Below, in pieces: positions 18,847-29,041 of a DNA stretch of 57,005 nucleotides. How positions within the stretch are numbered: position 1 is the first letter of the stretch; every line of letters starts with the position of its first letter. The notes below the pieces were generated by a model. The model was given only the letters and a program-made list of their open reading frames with translations, did not search any database and was not told the DNA's origin. The translations under genes and the position numbers were made by a program. This stretch comes from an uncultured virus (IMG/VR IMGVR_UViG_3300042452_000440) (taxonomy: Duplodnaviria; Heunggongvirae; Uroviricota; Caudoviricetes): the IMG/VR virus record IMGVR_UViG_3300042452_000440. The stretch is one strand, 5' to 3'.

Positions 18847-19853
18847 TATACTCCTCCCAATAAACTTGGTATAAGATTATTCAATATTTTCTGATTTTTT
18901 TCTCCGGGTAAACCTTGATACAATTGCTTTATTGCATTATCTCTGGTAGATCCAGGTGGACTTTTTCTAACAATATCTATGAGTGCTTCAGTTTGAAGTG
19001 GAGTTAAACCAGCAATATATCCGTAAGGTTGTGCTGGTCCTGGATAATAATTTGGATCACCAAGATTATACCTATCTAAAACAATCGGTTTAGGAGGTAT
19101 GGCAGGAACCTCCGGAACTTCAGGAGATCCTGGATCAGTCATAAAACGATTTGGTAAAGCAACACCACTTGCATCTGTTGGAATGTATAATGTATATGAG
19201 TACAAAGCATAGTCTGCTTTCGGAGTTGTAAAAGCAGTCAAATTAGAAGGATAATATTGTGATGCTCCCTTACAATCACCAAAAAGACAATCTAATGAAC
19301 CCCAAAGATAAATTACTTTTTGCGTGTAATGTTCAAAGATAGTTCCTGGTTTACCAAGATCATAATAAGCTTGTTGATAAGCACGTCCTAAATCAGTTGA
19401 AGCATTTGCATAAACACCAACAGAAGCAACAGAAGTAAATCCACCAGAACTCAAATATCCCACATAATATGTGGATAACCACCCATCACGCACTCCAAAT
19501 GCAAGTGGTGTTACTCCATTAGGATATGTCCCATCTATTTGTCTTATTGCTGCTACTTGTTCTCCATTATAAGTAGTGTATAAGTTGGAAGGTATATTGA
19601 CTGGAGCATTTGGATTACTTCCATCTCCCTGATTTCCCCATACAAAATCATTTGTATTAGAAAGTCCTCCAGTTACATTTTCATAAGTTGGCGGAACTGC
19701 AGGAATTCCTGGAACTGCTGGAACACCACTGTCAAGACCAGTTGTAAAATAAAAACCAGAAGAAGTCATTCTCTCATTCAGAAGACTAATCTTGTGATCT
19801 ATTTCTTCCGATTTGAGATGATTTAATATTTTGGTATATTTATTTTTTCCCAC
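18846..19853 (-). CDS. Hypothetical protein with Pro-rich segments (possible virion protein)
   Basis: 335 aa; PAVPGIPAVPP and PEVPEVPAIPP flank a central domain; late-like AATAAATA upstream. Confidence 0.65.
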   Translation of the reverse strand: MGKNKYTKILNHLKSEEIDHKISLLNERMTSSGFYFTTGLDSGVPAVPGIPAVPPTYENVTGGLSNTNDFVWGNQGDGSNPNAPVNIPSNLYTTYNGEQVAAIRQIDGTYPNGVTPLAFGVRDGWLSTYYVGYLSSGGFTSVASVGVYANASTDLGRAYQQAYYDLGKPGTIFEHYTQKVIYLWGSLDCLFGDCKGASQYYPSNLTAFTTPKADYALYSYTLYIPTDASGVALPNRFMTDPGSPEVPEVPAIPPKPIVLDRYNLGDPNYYPGPAQPYGYIAGLTPLQTEALIDIVRKSPPGSTRDNAIKQLYQGLPGEKNQKILNNLIPSLLGGV

Positions 19854-19880
19854 TACAAAAATTCAGGTTTAAAATATTTA

Positions 19881-20045
19881 TTATACCCTATATTCTTCTA
19901 TCTTATCCAATACCTTATTCAGATAATGATGTGCCAACCACTTTGGGTCATATCCAGACTTATTCATCCACTCTTTATCCAAGTCTGCTTTTAATTTAAT
20001 AACTTCACACTTGATAATATCCTTAGTCAATTGTCCTCTTGGCAT
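19881..20045 (-). CDS. Small hypothetical protein (54 aa)
   Basis: Hand-translated MPRGQLTKDIIKCEVIKLK...AHHYLNKVLDKIEEYRV. Confidence 0.65.
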   Translation of the reverse strand: MPRGQLTKDIIKCEVIKLKADLDKEWMNKSGYDPKWLAHHYLNKVLDKIEEYRV

Positions 20046-20049
20046 ATAC

Positions 20050-20083
20050 AAAAAAACTCTGCTGCCTATTTAGCAACAGAGTT
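20050..20083 (-). terminator. Terminator after peroxiredoxin, with late-like GCTAAATA at the hairpin apex
   Basis: AACTCTGTTGC...GCAGCAGAGTT then T-tract. Confidence 0.65.
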
Positions 20084-20103
20084 GAATAGTATTAAGTGTT
20101 ATA

Positions 20104-20631
20104 TCAGGCAGTAGCACCAACCTTCACATTTGCCGAAACATACTCTAGTACATTTTCTGGTGTCGATACTTCATATGGATCAGTGTCCGCATTGTCACGC
20201 TTACCGTTTTCCACGAATAGTTTCTCGATGACTCCGTTATCCACGACCGCAGCATAACGCCAAGAGCGATCCCCGAAACCTAGGTTAGACTTGTTGACAA
20301 GCATTCCCATAGAACGTGTGAAGTAAGCATTGCCATCTGGAATGAGTTTGACTTTCTCAATGTTCTGGTCTTGTGCCCAAGCATTCATCACAAACCCATC
20401 ATTAACAGAGATGCAGTAAATATCGTCGATGCCAAGACCAATAAAGTCGTCGTATTTCTCTTCGAATCCAGGAAGCTGATAGGCACTGCAAGTAGGAGTG
20501 AAAGCACCAGGCAGGCTAAAAATGACCACACGCTTTCCATTGAAGAGTTCAGAAGATGTACGAGTTACAAATTCGCCAGATTCACGAAATTGGAATTGAA
20601 CTTCGGGAATAACATAACCTTCAGTACGCAT
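20104..20631 (-). CDS. Peroxiredoxin (type II/Prx5-like)
   Basis: FSLPGAFTPTCS, SVNDGFVMNAW, GFGDRSWRYA; start trimmed to MRTEGY after GGAGG RBS. Confidence 0.93.
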   Translation of the reverse strand: MRTEGYVIPEVQFQFRESGEFVTRTSSELFNGKRVVIFSLPGAFTPTCSAYQLPGFEEKYDDFIGLGIDDIYCISVNDGFVMNAWAQDQNIEKVKLIPDGNAYFTRSMGMLVNKSNLGFGDRSWRYAAVVDNGVIEKLFVENGKRDNADTDPYEVSTPENVLEYVSANVKVGATA

Positions 20632-20642
20632 ATTAACCTCCA

Positions 20643-20762
20643 TCAGAATACACCAGGAATAATTTGTCCAGTGACAAGATAAGAACCAGCGGCGGCAACG
20701 AATCCAATCATTGCAGCCCAACCATTAATACGTTCTGCCTTTTCAGTAAAAATTTTGTTCAT
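20643..20762 (-). CDS. hli: High-light inducible protein (39 aa)
   Basis: Hand-translated [39 protein letters not shown]; AERxNGxxAMIG and TGQIIPG motifs. Confidence 0.93.
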   Translation of the reverse strand: MNKIFTEKAERINGWAAMIGFVAAAGSYLVTGQIIPGVF

Positions 20763-21037
20763 TGTTTTTCTCCTTTATAAGGGTGTTGTTGTTTAAGTTC
20801 TGGATTGGGTTGGGAGAAAACCATAGGACTTCTTGTTTTATTTTTGATTACGATAAAAGCATCGTTCTGATAGGATACGGTTCCAAATGGTTTTGCCCAC
20901 TTTACATTTGCATCTGGGTGAGTTGCAGTTCCAGTTACTGCTACACCACCAATTTCAACCACAATTTCATCTTCTCCAGTCCATTTAAGTTCTTGAAGGG
21001 CAATAGAAAGTTGTCCCAACCAGTCAGAACTTCTCAC
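20759..21037 (-). CDS. Conserved cyanophage-type hypothetical protein
   Basis: [11 protein letters not shown]...VEIGG...[11 protein letters not shown]; likely GTG start overlapping the petF stop (GTGA). Confidence 0.6.
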   Translation of the reverse strand: MRSSDWLGQLSIALQELKWTGEDEIVVEIGGVAVTGTATHPDANVKWAKPFGTVSYQNDAFIVIKNKTRSPMVFSQPNPELKQQHPYKGEKQ

Positions 21038-21324
21038 AGGTTTTCTTCCTGTTCGGTCAGAATCACACAATCAGACTTGGGATAAGCAACACAGAGAAGT
21101 GCAAACCCTTCTGCCATCTGGTCATCATCAAGGAAAGATTGTTCTTCATTATCAATCTCACCAGAGACAACTTTACCAGCACAGGAGGAACAAGCACCTG
21201 CCTTACAAGAATAAGGAAGGTCAATACCTGCCTCTTCTGCTGCTTCAAGAATATATTGATCTTCGGCACACTGGATAGTGGTTTCGGTGCCGTCAGGGGT
21301 TTGAAGTGTAACGTTGAATGTCAT
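21034..21324 (-). CDS. petF: Plant-type [2Fe-2S] ferredoxin
   Basis: [15 protein letters not shown]...LLCVAYP. Confidence 0.96.
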   Translation of the reverse strand: MTFNVTLQTPDGTETTIQCAEDQYILEAAEEAGIDLPYSCKAGACSSCAGKVVSGEIDNEEQSFLDDDQMAEGFALLCVAYPKSDCVILTEQEENL

Positions 21325-21325
21325 T

Positions 21326-21412
21326 TCAATAAGTTTCCGCAACTTTCTCTACAGCATAGCACAGGAGCACAAAAAAGGCAACTGATGTGACAGTGAAAAT
21401 TGTTTCAGTCAT
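21326..21412 (-). CDS. 28-aa single-transmembrane microprotein
   Basis: [33 protein letters not shown]-coupled to hli, ends 1 nt before the petF ATG. Confidence 0.6.
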   Translation of the reverse strand: MTETIFTVTSVAFFVLLCYAVEKVAETY

Positions 21413-21606
21413 CAGAAGATACCGAAGAAGAAGTTGCCAGTGCTAACATAAGAAATGATGCCAGCAACAAAACCGACCATTGCCCAGCGTCCATTGGTTC
21501 GCTCCTTTACTTGATTAGGTGTGAGCATACCATAGTTCTCATAATACATGGTGGGCTCTTTGGCAAACATATTCTGTTGCCCATACTCATTAGTTGTTAC
21601 GGTCAT
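21412..21606 (-). CDS. hli: High-light inducible protein (64 aa)
   Basis: MTVTTNEYGQQNMFAKEP...ERTNGRWAMVGFVAG...TGNFFFGIF. Confidence 0.92.
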   Translation of the reverse strand: MTVTTNEYGQQNMFAKEPTMYYENYGMLTPNQVKERTNGRWAMVGFVAGIISYVSTGNFFFGIF

Positions 21607-21615
21607 TGTAAATTC

Positions 21616-21662
21616 GTTAAGAATTGTTACACAATTATATAGCAAAAATAAAGGGAGGTCAA
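21616..21662 (-). promoter_or_regulatory. hli promoter TTGACC-N17-TATAAT with downstream HLR1-like repeat
   Basis: -35 21657-21662, -10 21634-21639; GTTAAGAATTGTTACACA at 21616 on + strand. Confidence 0.7.
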
Positions 21663-21706
21663 GCCTCCCTGTTACGGTTTTCACATATTATAAGTATAAA
21701 TGCTTA

Positions 21707-22504
21707 CTATTTTCCTTCCCAACCAGGAGGTAGTCTACCCAGATATGGATCATAATCAAAAAATGGATTCCAATCGGATACATCAGCAGATTGATTTCTC
21801 CAAAACTGCCATAATCCATCATGACTACTGCGATGAAATACATCAACATGAATATCATGAATATCAGATCCTAAATCAATCTTATACAAGAATAAAGGAA
21901 TCGCAAAAGTATTCCCAGAGTTATAAATCAAATCATCAGCAACTGCTCTTGGTTTAACACCCTGATCAAGTTTATACTTATCACCACGACAATGAAGATT
22001 GATAAGTTTCTGTGCGTGATGGCGAGTGATCATATAGCAGGCAGTTGAAAAGTCATTCACAAAACGACGATGCAACTGGACGTGAACCTGTGCAGGATTA
22101 ATGATTGCAAGTTGTATCACATCATAATCATAAGGAACTTTTGCATAGAAATCTTTCCAAGAAAATCCCCAATGAATGACAGTGCTTATGTCACAATCAT
22201 CTTCCATCATTAAAGCACAAGGGGAATCAGAAGTCTCCAACCAATGCTTCATTGCTTTGAGATGTGAAGTTACACATCCAACTTCACCAGAAGACATCAT
22301 ATCAGGATAACGACCTTTGAGAATATCTCCAAGATCTTTATCTCCCCGACCATCATATGCAGAGATACGAGTATAGTTTTCAACTTCCCAGTATTTAAAC
22401 TGATCTTCCATAAACTGTGCTCTCTCTGGTTTTTCATCCAGATTGATATAGTAAATGGGAGGAAGACCTTTGAGTTTATATGCTGATTTATTTTTATCCA
22501 TCAT
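21707..22504 (-). CDS. Glycosyltransferase family 25
   Basis: IYYINLD...R, RISAYDG, GEVGCVTSH, MEDD motifs. Confidence 0.85.
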   Translation of the reverse strand: MMDKNKSAYKLKGLPPIYYINLDEKPERAQFMEDQFKYWEVENYTRISAYDGRGDKDLGDILKGRYPDMMSSGEVGCVTSHLKAMKHWLETSDSPCALMMEDDCDISTVIHWGFSWKDFYAKVPYDYDVIQLAIINPAQVHVQLHRRFVNDFSTACYMITRHHAQKLINLHCRGDKYKLDQGVKPRAVADDLIYNSGNTFAIPLFLYKIDLGSDIHDIHVDVFHRSSHDGLWQFWRNQSADVSDWNPFFDYDPYLGRLPPGWEGK

Positions 22505-23253
22505 TCGGAAAGAATACTTTCAATAATTTGATTGAACACTTTTGTCTTATTGGCAAGAGGATCTTCAGACCCTCTCCAATTAGAATGCCAATTAGTAGCA
22601 GCACGATAATGAAGAAATTTACCATCCAGATGTAACTCAAAATTATATCCTCTGGTTACCTCTTCATTTTGCAAATCAATGTCATTGAAATGCGTTGGAT
22701 ATTGAACATCAGTTTCCTTCATCCAAAAATTGTTTCGCTTAAAATAATAATAAGTATTTCCACCAACATCAGTGAGTTCACCATTTACTACGCCATCAGA
22801 AAAATCAATATTATAATCTTTTATCTTTGGCATATTGAAAAACATAATACCATTCCACATATAAGTGATAGATCCTCTGTATTGTGGCAAACCCGCAATA
22901 ATAGCATCTTCCATATACTCGGATATGCTGAAATCATCAATTAAGAATAAATCAGAATCACAAAAGAATACAACGTCATTTTGATGATCAACTTTAATGA
23001 TATTATCATAAGTCCACTGAACAGTATCAGCACAAGCTTGTGCAGGATTTAATGCTACTGTCCTTTCTGGTTTTTTATAATAAGAGAACCCATTATCAAA
23101 ACAGATTGATTTAAATTGCTCCGAAATCGACGATTCGATAGAGTCATCGACAATATGGAATTGATATTGATCTTTTAAAAATTTTTTAAAGAGTTTATCT
23201 TGCAATTCAATAAACTCTGGGCGATTAACGACCGAAGTAAAAATATGAATCAT
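22501..23253 (-). CDS. Putative GT-A fold glycosyltransferase
   Basis: IVDDS and FCDSDLF (DxD); island context. Confidence 0.55.
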   Translation of the reverse strand: MIHIFTSVVNRPEFIELQDKLFKKFLKDQYQFHIVDDSIESSISEQFKSICFDNGFSYYKKPERTVALNPAQACADTVQWTYDNIIKVDHQNDVVFFCDSDLFLIDDFSISEYMEDAIIAGLPQYRGSITYMWNGIMFFNMPKIKDYNIDFSDGVVNGELTDVGGNTYYYFKRNNFWMKETDVQYPTHFNDIDLQNEEVTRGYNFELHLDGKFLHYRAATNWHSNWRGSEDPLANKTKVFNQIIESILSE

Positions 23254-24152
23254 AGTTTAGATTGAATCCAGTCTTCCAGTTTAACTTTTGGTTGCCAACT
23301 AAAAACACCATGCATTCGATCAGTATTGGCAAGAGTAACTCTTGATTCTCCAACACGTGGAGGAATATTTACAGTGTTGTCTGAGATCATAGCAGCAAGT
23401 TCATTCACAGAGTAATTTACTCCAGATCCAATATTAAAAACTTCACCATAAATCTCTGGATCGGGATTTGAAATTGCTACCTTAATATTTGCATCTACAA
23501 CATCGCCAACATAAGTAAAGTCTCTACGTTGTTCACCATCACCAACGATTGTCAATGGTTCACCAGCGGCAAGTTGACGAAGAAAAATACCAACAACAGG
23601 AGCATACTGTCCACGAAGAGGTTGACGTTCACCATAGACATTAAAGTATCTGAAAATAACAGTTTTCAGTCCAAATAGTTGAGTGTACATTGTACACAGT
23701 TTCTCGCCATTGACTTTTGAAACTGAATATGGATTCAGACAATTATCAGGTTGAGTTTCTACGTTAGGAGGTTGATTAATCATTCCATAAGCAGAAGAAG
23801 TAGATGAGTAAATTACTTTCTGCACACCTGCTTCTCTTGCACATTGTAGAACTGTACAGGTTCCGACAGAGTTAATACTCACCGCCTCAATTGGATTAAC
23901 AATTGCTGGTTGAATACGTGCCTCTGCCGCAAGATGAAACACATAATCCACACCATCGTAAAGAGGACGAGTGTTTTCATAGTCACGAATATCATACTTA
24001 TAATTTCGTGCATTATCGTTCCAGTAAAATTGATCGTGAGCATCAGAATACTCATTATCAATTACAACAACCTCATGACCCATTTCAAGAAGACGGTCTA
24101 CAAGGTTTGAACCAATAAATCCAGCACCACCAGTAACTAGTGATTTAGTCAT
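23250..24152 (-). CDS. NAD-dependent nucleotide-sugar epimerase/dehydratase
   Basis: VTGGAGFIGS, YSVSK (YxxxK), RYFNVYG. Confidence 0.93.
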   Translation of the reverse strand: MTKSLVTGGAGFIGSNLVDRLLEMGHEVVVIDNEYSDAHDQFYWNDNARNYKYDIRDYENTRPLYDGVDYVFHLAAEARIQPAIVNPIEAVSINSVGTCTVLQCAREAGVQKVIYSSTSSAYGMINQPPNVETQPDNCLNPYSVSKVNGEKLCTMYTQLFGLKTVIFRYFNVYGERQPLRGQYAPVVGIFLRQLAAGEPLTIVGDGEQRRDFTYVGDVVDANIKVAISNPDPEIYGEVFNIGSGVNYSVNELAAMISDNTVNIPPRVGESRVTLANTDRMHGVFSWQPKVKLEDWIQSKL

Positions 24153-24799
24153 ACAATTCTCTCAGGTAGGAAATAAGTTTTATTAAAGTTAAAGCATTCC
24201 TCAGTAGGGTAGCTAGTCAGTGGATTCACAGTTCCATGATATCCACTTGTTTGGAAGAAAAATGGATCATCAAAAGTATAAACATTAAACCAACGCTGAA
24301 TCTCAGCAAATCCAATATCTTGATAATCTTCAATTACATAACCAGCATGATAGGTTATCCTTTGACACATTCTAACATATTCATCAGTAAGATACAATAC
24401 TGAATGACCACCAAGCATATTATACACACGATAAAGATCATCCTTAACGTGTTCATACTGAACATAAGGTCCAGAATGTCCGTTCATTCTTCCCCAAGAT
24501 GAAATACCAAGATAAACTGCATCGGCATCATCGGGAACTTCAATCTCTGGACGAAAGTTCTTGATTACACAGTCATCCTCAAATAAAATAAAGGGAGGAT
24601 CTATCTCAGATAGACCCTTGTGATGAGCAGAAGAACATCCAGCAACTGGATTATCTGGACGAGCAACTCCTTCTACACGAATGATATGTTTAAATCCACA
24701 TTCTTTTAAAAGAGTTTGCATACTCTCATTCTTTTCGGTATGCTGCTCCAAATTCATGTAAAGAGCAGGTATTTCTCTAAGGTCTATTTTCATATTCAT
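24149..24799 (-). CDS. GT25-like glycosyltransferase
   Basis: YMNL, GCSSAH, FEDD; start set at the ATGA overlap. Confidence 0.65.
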   Translation of the reverse strand: MNMKIDLREIPALYMNLEQHTEKNESMQTLLKECGFKHIIRVEGVARPDNPVAGCSSAHHKGLSEIDPPFILFEDDCVIKNFRPEIEVPDDADAVYLGISSWGRMNGHSGPYVQYEHVKDDLYRVYNMLGGHSVLYLTDEYVRMCQRITYHAGYVIEDYQDIGFAEIQRWFNVYTFDDPFFFQTSGYHGTVNPLTSYPTEECFNFNKTYFLPERIV

Positions 24800-25509
24800 T
24801 TTTGAACTAAAATCCAAGTTTGCGACTGACAATGATCTACATTTTCGATTATTCCATCAGTCATAACATCAAAAGTATTAGGCCACCCAAAATGAGTAAA
24901 AATGTGATTTATATAAGAAAGATTTCCCCAGTATCCACATTCAAGTATATTAAAACCAACACTTGCACATAAAGTACATAACCCAGTTGGCGTCATACCC
25001 CAAAAATGAAATGGAACTTGATGTGGAATGTTAATAGTCGGAACAGTAGTGTATAGATAACCACCAGGTTTTAAATGATCATACAAATTTTTTATACTAA
25101 TAAAAGGATTGTATAGATGCTCCAAAGTTTGATTGAAAATAATCATATCATAATCTTTATCATCCAAGTCTATCTTATGAAGATCATATTTTTTATCTTG
25201 AAGATAATCGCATACAGTAATACTATCGTAACTAATGTATTCTAATTCACAATCTCCTGAGCAAGTCGATAGAAGTTTTTCAACGTGATTTAAATCATAT
25301 TTTCCAACCCAATCTTTAAAATCAAATAAAGATGCTAATCTAGGAAAATCACAGTTAAACCATTTTTGTTTTTCTGAGTCAGAAAGTTTTTGATATTCAT
25401 CATGCGCTTTTCTATAATATTCCTCAGGTTTTTCAACATGTTTGTTGTAAATATCGATTATTTCTTCTTCGGTTAATAAATTAATTTCTAAATTTACTTT
25501 TGTACTCAT
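24796..25509 (-). CDS. Class I SAM-dependent methyltransferase
   Basis: YDMIIFNQTLEHLYNP...LKPGGYLYTTVP. Confidence 0.8.
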   Translation of the reverse strand: MSTKVNLEINLLTEEEIIDIYNKHVEKPEEYYRKAHDEYQKLSDSEKQKWFNCDFPRLASLFDFKDWVGKYDLNHVEKLLSTCSGDCELEYISYDSITVCDYLQDKKYDLHKIDLDDKDYDMIIFNQTLEHLYNPFISIKNLYDHLKPGGYLYTTVPTINIPHQVPFHFWGMTPTGLCTLCASVGFNILECGYWGNLSYINHIFTHFGWPNTFDVMTDGIIENVDHCQSQTWILVQK

Positions 25510-26201
25510 GATCTCAACTCACTATGATTTTTCTTTAAAGCAATAATTTTGGGAGAAAATGGATAGTCTGGATTTTCCATTTGTTCTTCTGCAAAACAAT
25601 ATGAAGGAGTAAGACTTAAAGTTGGTGGATTATCAATCAGATAGCGATTCATCTGCGACTCATCGTGCCATAAAGCAATCACACCATTTTCAAGGTCCTT
25701 GGTCACACGATCTGCAAGAACCTCTGCCATTTCTAGAAATCTTTTTGTAGATCCACCATTAAATCCGCCAGCATAATAGTGCTCTCCTTCCTCACCCACA
25801 GGAACGTATGCCAGCGACTGTGGATTTCTATCATACGACCTCTGCTCCTTAGGATAGAAGGACTGGTAGGGGTGCTGAGTGGCAACCAGGTCGCTTAGAA
25901 CCTCATCACCAACATTATCCACCAGACCCATATCCACATCAAAGTAAAAACAATAATCAAACTGAGAGATAAACTCTTTTTCTTTTACAAAGTAATTGTA
26001 TCTCTTTAAAGTAGGCATTGGCCAAAGTTCATGGTCAATCTGACAAACTCTTACATTATCGGATGCTTCTACTTCATGATCTGTAAATAGCAAGCATTCA
26101 ATTTCATGTCCGTTCAGAAAGTTCTCTTCAATGTTATCAAGAAGTCTCTCAACAAACTGAATATATTTGTTTGTCGCAATAGTAAGAATGCAGATTTTCA
26201 T
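25506..26201 (-). CDS. Glycosyltransferase family 6 (ABO/alpha-1,3-Gal(NAc) transferase-like)
   Basis: IATNKY, FTD, FDVDM (DxD), YYAGGFNGG, WHDESQMNRY. Confidence 0.88.
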   Translation of the reverse strand: MKICILTIATNKYIQFVERLLDNIEENFLNGHEIECLLFTDHEVEASDNVRVCQIDHELWPMPTLKRYNYFVKEKEFISQFDYCFYFDVDMGLVDNVGDEVLSDLVATQHPYQSFYPKEQRSYDRNPQSLAYVPVGEEGEHYYAGGFNGGSTKRFLEMAEVLADRVTKDLENGVIALWHDESQMNRYLIDNPPTLSLTPSYCFAEEQMENPDYPFSPKIIALKKNHSELRS

Positions 26202-26791
26202 ACTTGAATATACCAAACATGAACTGGTCCAGGTACTCCTTGAACCTCATCACCATAATGTTCCAAAACCGCTTTCTGAACACCAGGAAATCCACTATGT
26301 TCCCAATCATGACCCATTACATATCCACCTTTACGAACACGATTATGCCAATAATTAATGTCATTATAGCAATTCTCATAATCATGAATGGCATCGATGA
26401 AAACAAAATCAAGAGATTCATCCTCAAAATCTGGTGCCGCTTCGGTAGATTTTTTACGTACTAGTTCCACACGATCACCATATTGACTTAACATTTCACT
26501 GACTTCTCTAAACAATCCATCAAATCCACCATAGTCATCATCTACACTAAAAAATTGATGCATGTCCCAACTATCAGAAATAAATGGGTCAACACCGTAG
26601 ATTTTTTCAATTTTAGTGTTATCTAAAAGTGCTTTAATATGTTGCCCACCAGCAATGCCAATTTCAGCACCAACTTTTAAATCAGTATGTTTATTAAAAA
26701 AGTCTACTGTCCAGTCATAAGTATTTTCCCAGATAAGACGGGTTTTCCCTCTTGTCGGATCAGCAATTAAATTCTCTTTAAGTTTACCCAT
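26198..26791 (-). CDS. SAM-dependent methyltransferase (Methyltransf_24-like)
   Basis: GAEIG, GVDP, DFVFIDAIHDY, GG...GHD. Confidence 0.85.
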   Translation of the reverse strand: MGKLKENLIADPTRGKTRLIWENTYDWTVDFFNKHTDLKVGAEIGIAGGQHIKALLDNTKIEKIYGVDPFISDSWDMHQFFSVDDDYGGFDGLFREVSEMLSQYGDRVELVRKKSTEAAPDFEDESLDFVFIDAIHDYENCYNDINYWHNRVRKGGYVMGHDWEHSGFPGVQKAVLEHYGDEVQGVPGPVHVWYIQV

Positions 26792-27417
26792 TAGTTTTTC
26801 TCCGTTTTAATATAGAGGGCATCTCCCCATTTATACCAAGTCTCTGGCCAATGAGTTTCAACTCTCTCAAATCCATAATCACCAAGAAATGTATCTAGTT
26901 CTTCAACCATAGGATTTCCCTCATACATCTCACCACGATTCACTTCACAATATATGTAATCAATGTGATTTAAAGTTTTTTTACCACCTTTAAATACTTC
27001 TAATTCATACCCCTGAACATCAACATTAATAAAATTTGCATCACCAATATCATAACTGTCAAGGGTATCAACTTCAACTTCTTCAGTCCCATCAAAAGAA
27101 ACATCTGGATGATGTTCCAAATGTTCTTTTGGTTTTAAAATAGAACTACTTTGAGCCTCATTGCTACTAAGATACATCGTAGCACTTCCCTTTTTACTAC
27201 CAAGAGCAACTTGATGCCCACTAATGTCGGCATTTACGTCTTTTAAACGTTCAAATAAAATATCAAAATTCTTTGAAAGGGGTTCAAAAACGGTAATTTT
27301 TTGAATACCATTATCAACATACTCTTGAATTTCTTCACCGTAGTGAGCACCAATATGGACTATACCCTTGATGTCCATATTATATTTGGTTTGAAGATTT
27401 GTGAAACTTATTAACAT
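26791..27417 (-). CDS. FkbM-family methyltransferase
   Basis: HIGAHYG, FEP, SSSIL, NVDVQGYELEVFKG, WGDALY. Confidence 0.88.
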   Translation of the reverse strand: MLISFTNLQTKYNMDIKGIVHIGAHYGEEIQEYVDNGIQKITVFEPLSKNFDILFERLKDVNADISGHQVALGSKKGSATMYLSSNEAQSSSILKPKEHLEHHPDVSFDGTEEVEVDTLDSYDIGDANFINVDVQGYELEVFKGGKKTLNHIDYIYCEVNRGEMYEGNPMVEELDTFLGDYGFERVETHWPETWYKWGDALYIKTEKN

Positions 27418-27419
27418 TT

Positions 27420-28301
27420 TTATTTTGAAATTATTTTTGCAATTTGATTTAAGGTTCCATCCCAAGTCAAATACTTATCATAAACCATTCTACCATACTC
27501 TAGATATTTTTCATACTCACCAGTTTCCAAAAGGTTATCAACGATTCTTGGAATATTATCTATACTATTTTCATCGATAAGTATTGCTGCCTTATCCCAC
27601 TCAATTTCATCTTCAAAAGGTAACCAAAAAATATCACTAATGTAGATAGGAATTGCATCCATTTGCATGGTTTCATATAATCTAAAAGAAGTTGGACCAT
27701 ATCCTCTTGGAGCCAACCCAAATACAGAATCGTAGATAATATTTCTAAATGCTCCCGACAATCCGTCAGAAAGATTAACGGCAAATTCATATCCATCAAT
27801 TCCCATTAACTTATCACACATTACTTTACGAATTGGATGAGTATCATTTCGCCCAGCAAATCCAACTTTATTCATTCGATTCTCTTTCGGAAAACCAGGA
27901 TGGGGATCAGAAAGCAAAGGAATAGGTATGTATTCTGTCGTTTCAGATTTAGGAGACTTTGGAGAATTTGAAGAGGCAAATATTTTACAGTTATCAATAG
28001 AAACTAATGTACCATCATCATATTGAACAATAGTAAAAAATTTTTCTCCTGGATATTTTGAAGAAAGTTCATTCACCCAATTTTGAATTTCACCAATTTT
28101 TTCCTTATCATTTCCCCAGTTATTACTACAATGATATTGAGTCCATTGAATAGGAATGTAAATGTAACTACTATCAACATCAACAGTAGTAAAATAAGAA
28201 AAAGCCCTCTCTTCAATCAATGGATTTAATCCTTGATGAGGGGGATAACTAAATGTATTTTTTGGTAACCACTTTTGTGGAGTATCTACAATTCTAATCA
28301 T
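27420..28301 (-). CDS. Exostosin-family (GT47-like) glycosyltransferase
   Basis: FGLAPRGYGPTSFRLYE...IPIYISD..WLPF. Confidence 0.8.
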   Translation of the reverse strand: MIRIVDTPQKWLPKNTFSYPPHQGLNPLIEERAFSYFTTVDVDSSYIYIPIQWTQYHCSNNWGNDKEKIGEIQNWVNELSSKYPGEKFFTIVQYDDGTLVSIDNCKIFASSNSPKSPKSETTEYIPIPLLSDPHPGFPKENRMNKVGFAGRNDTHPIRKVMCDKLMGIDGYEFAVNLSDGLSGAFRNIIYDSVFGLAPRGYGPTSFRLYETMQMDAIPIYISDIFWLPFEDEIEWDKAAILIDENSIDNIPRIVDNLLETGEYEKYLEYGRMVYDKYLTWDGTLNQIAKIISK

Positions 28302-29041
28302 AAGTTTACTATTTGCTCTTTATAATATTCAACCGACTGTGCAGAATAAGATCCACAAGCATTCCAATTACTCTGGGGACGAAGACGATGATTGTGTCTT
28401 AGATCATTTACAACCACGAATTCACCACCATTCTTTAACCAAAAATAATATGCAGCCGCAGTGTCTGCATGAAGTAGTGGTGTACTATCATTTTCATATG
28501 GATGTGCAAGGGAATCCAAATACATTTGACGATTTACTACATAATTACCACTATTCAAAAACCAATCAAACCACTTTGTTTTCTTAAAAATAGCGTCTTT
28601 GCTTTCTTCAATACCAATTATATCATATTTGAAAGTATAATCAGAAATATGTTCATAGTCTATTTTATCGTCATTCTTACAAAACAGTTGTCTTGGTGAA
28701 TAACAAATATTAGAATGATCATCAGGTATATTTCTAATAATCTGATATGTTTCCTCAAAGGGATGGTTATCACTATCTAACAAATATACCCACTCATTGG
28801 TACAGTTTTTAACTGTGAGATATTTGTTTCGAAAAGCTCCAAGATTTCTTTGATTACGAAATACCTTTATCTTACTAATTTCATTAGATAAAGAAACAAT
28901 ATTTTCATACTCTTGTTGGGAAGAAAAATCATCATTCACAACAATTTCAGAAACAAATTCATCTTCAACTGCATACTTAATACAATCCAAAAAATATTCA
29001 GAAGTATTATAAAAAGGTATGGCTAAACTAATAGTTTTCAT
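28298..29041 (-). CDS. Glycosyltransferase family 2
   Basis: ISLAIPFYN, VNDDFS, NLGAFRNK, LLDSD. Confidence 0.8.
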   Translation of the reverse strand: MKTISLAIPFYNTSEYFLDCIKYAVEDEFVSEIVVNDDFSSQQEYENIVSLSNEISKIKVFRNQRNLGAFRNKYLTVKNCTNEWVYLLDSDNHPFEETYQIIRNIPDDHSNICYSPRQLFCKNDDKIDYEHISDYTFKYDIIGIEESKDAIFKKTKWFDWFLNSGNYVVNRQMYLDSLAHPYENDSTPLLHADTAAAYYFWLKNGGEFVVVNDLRHNHRLRPQSNWNACGSYSAQSVEYYKEQIVNL

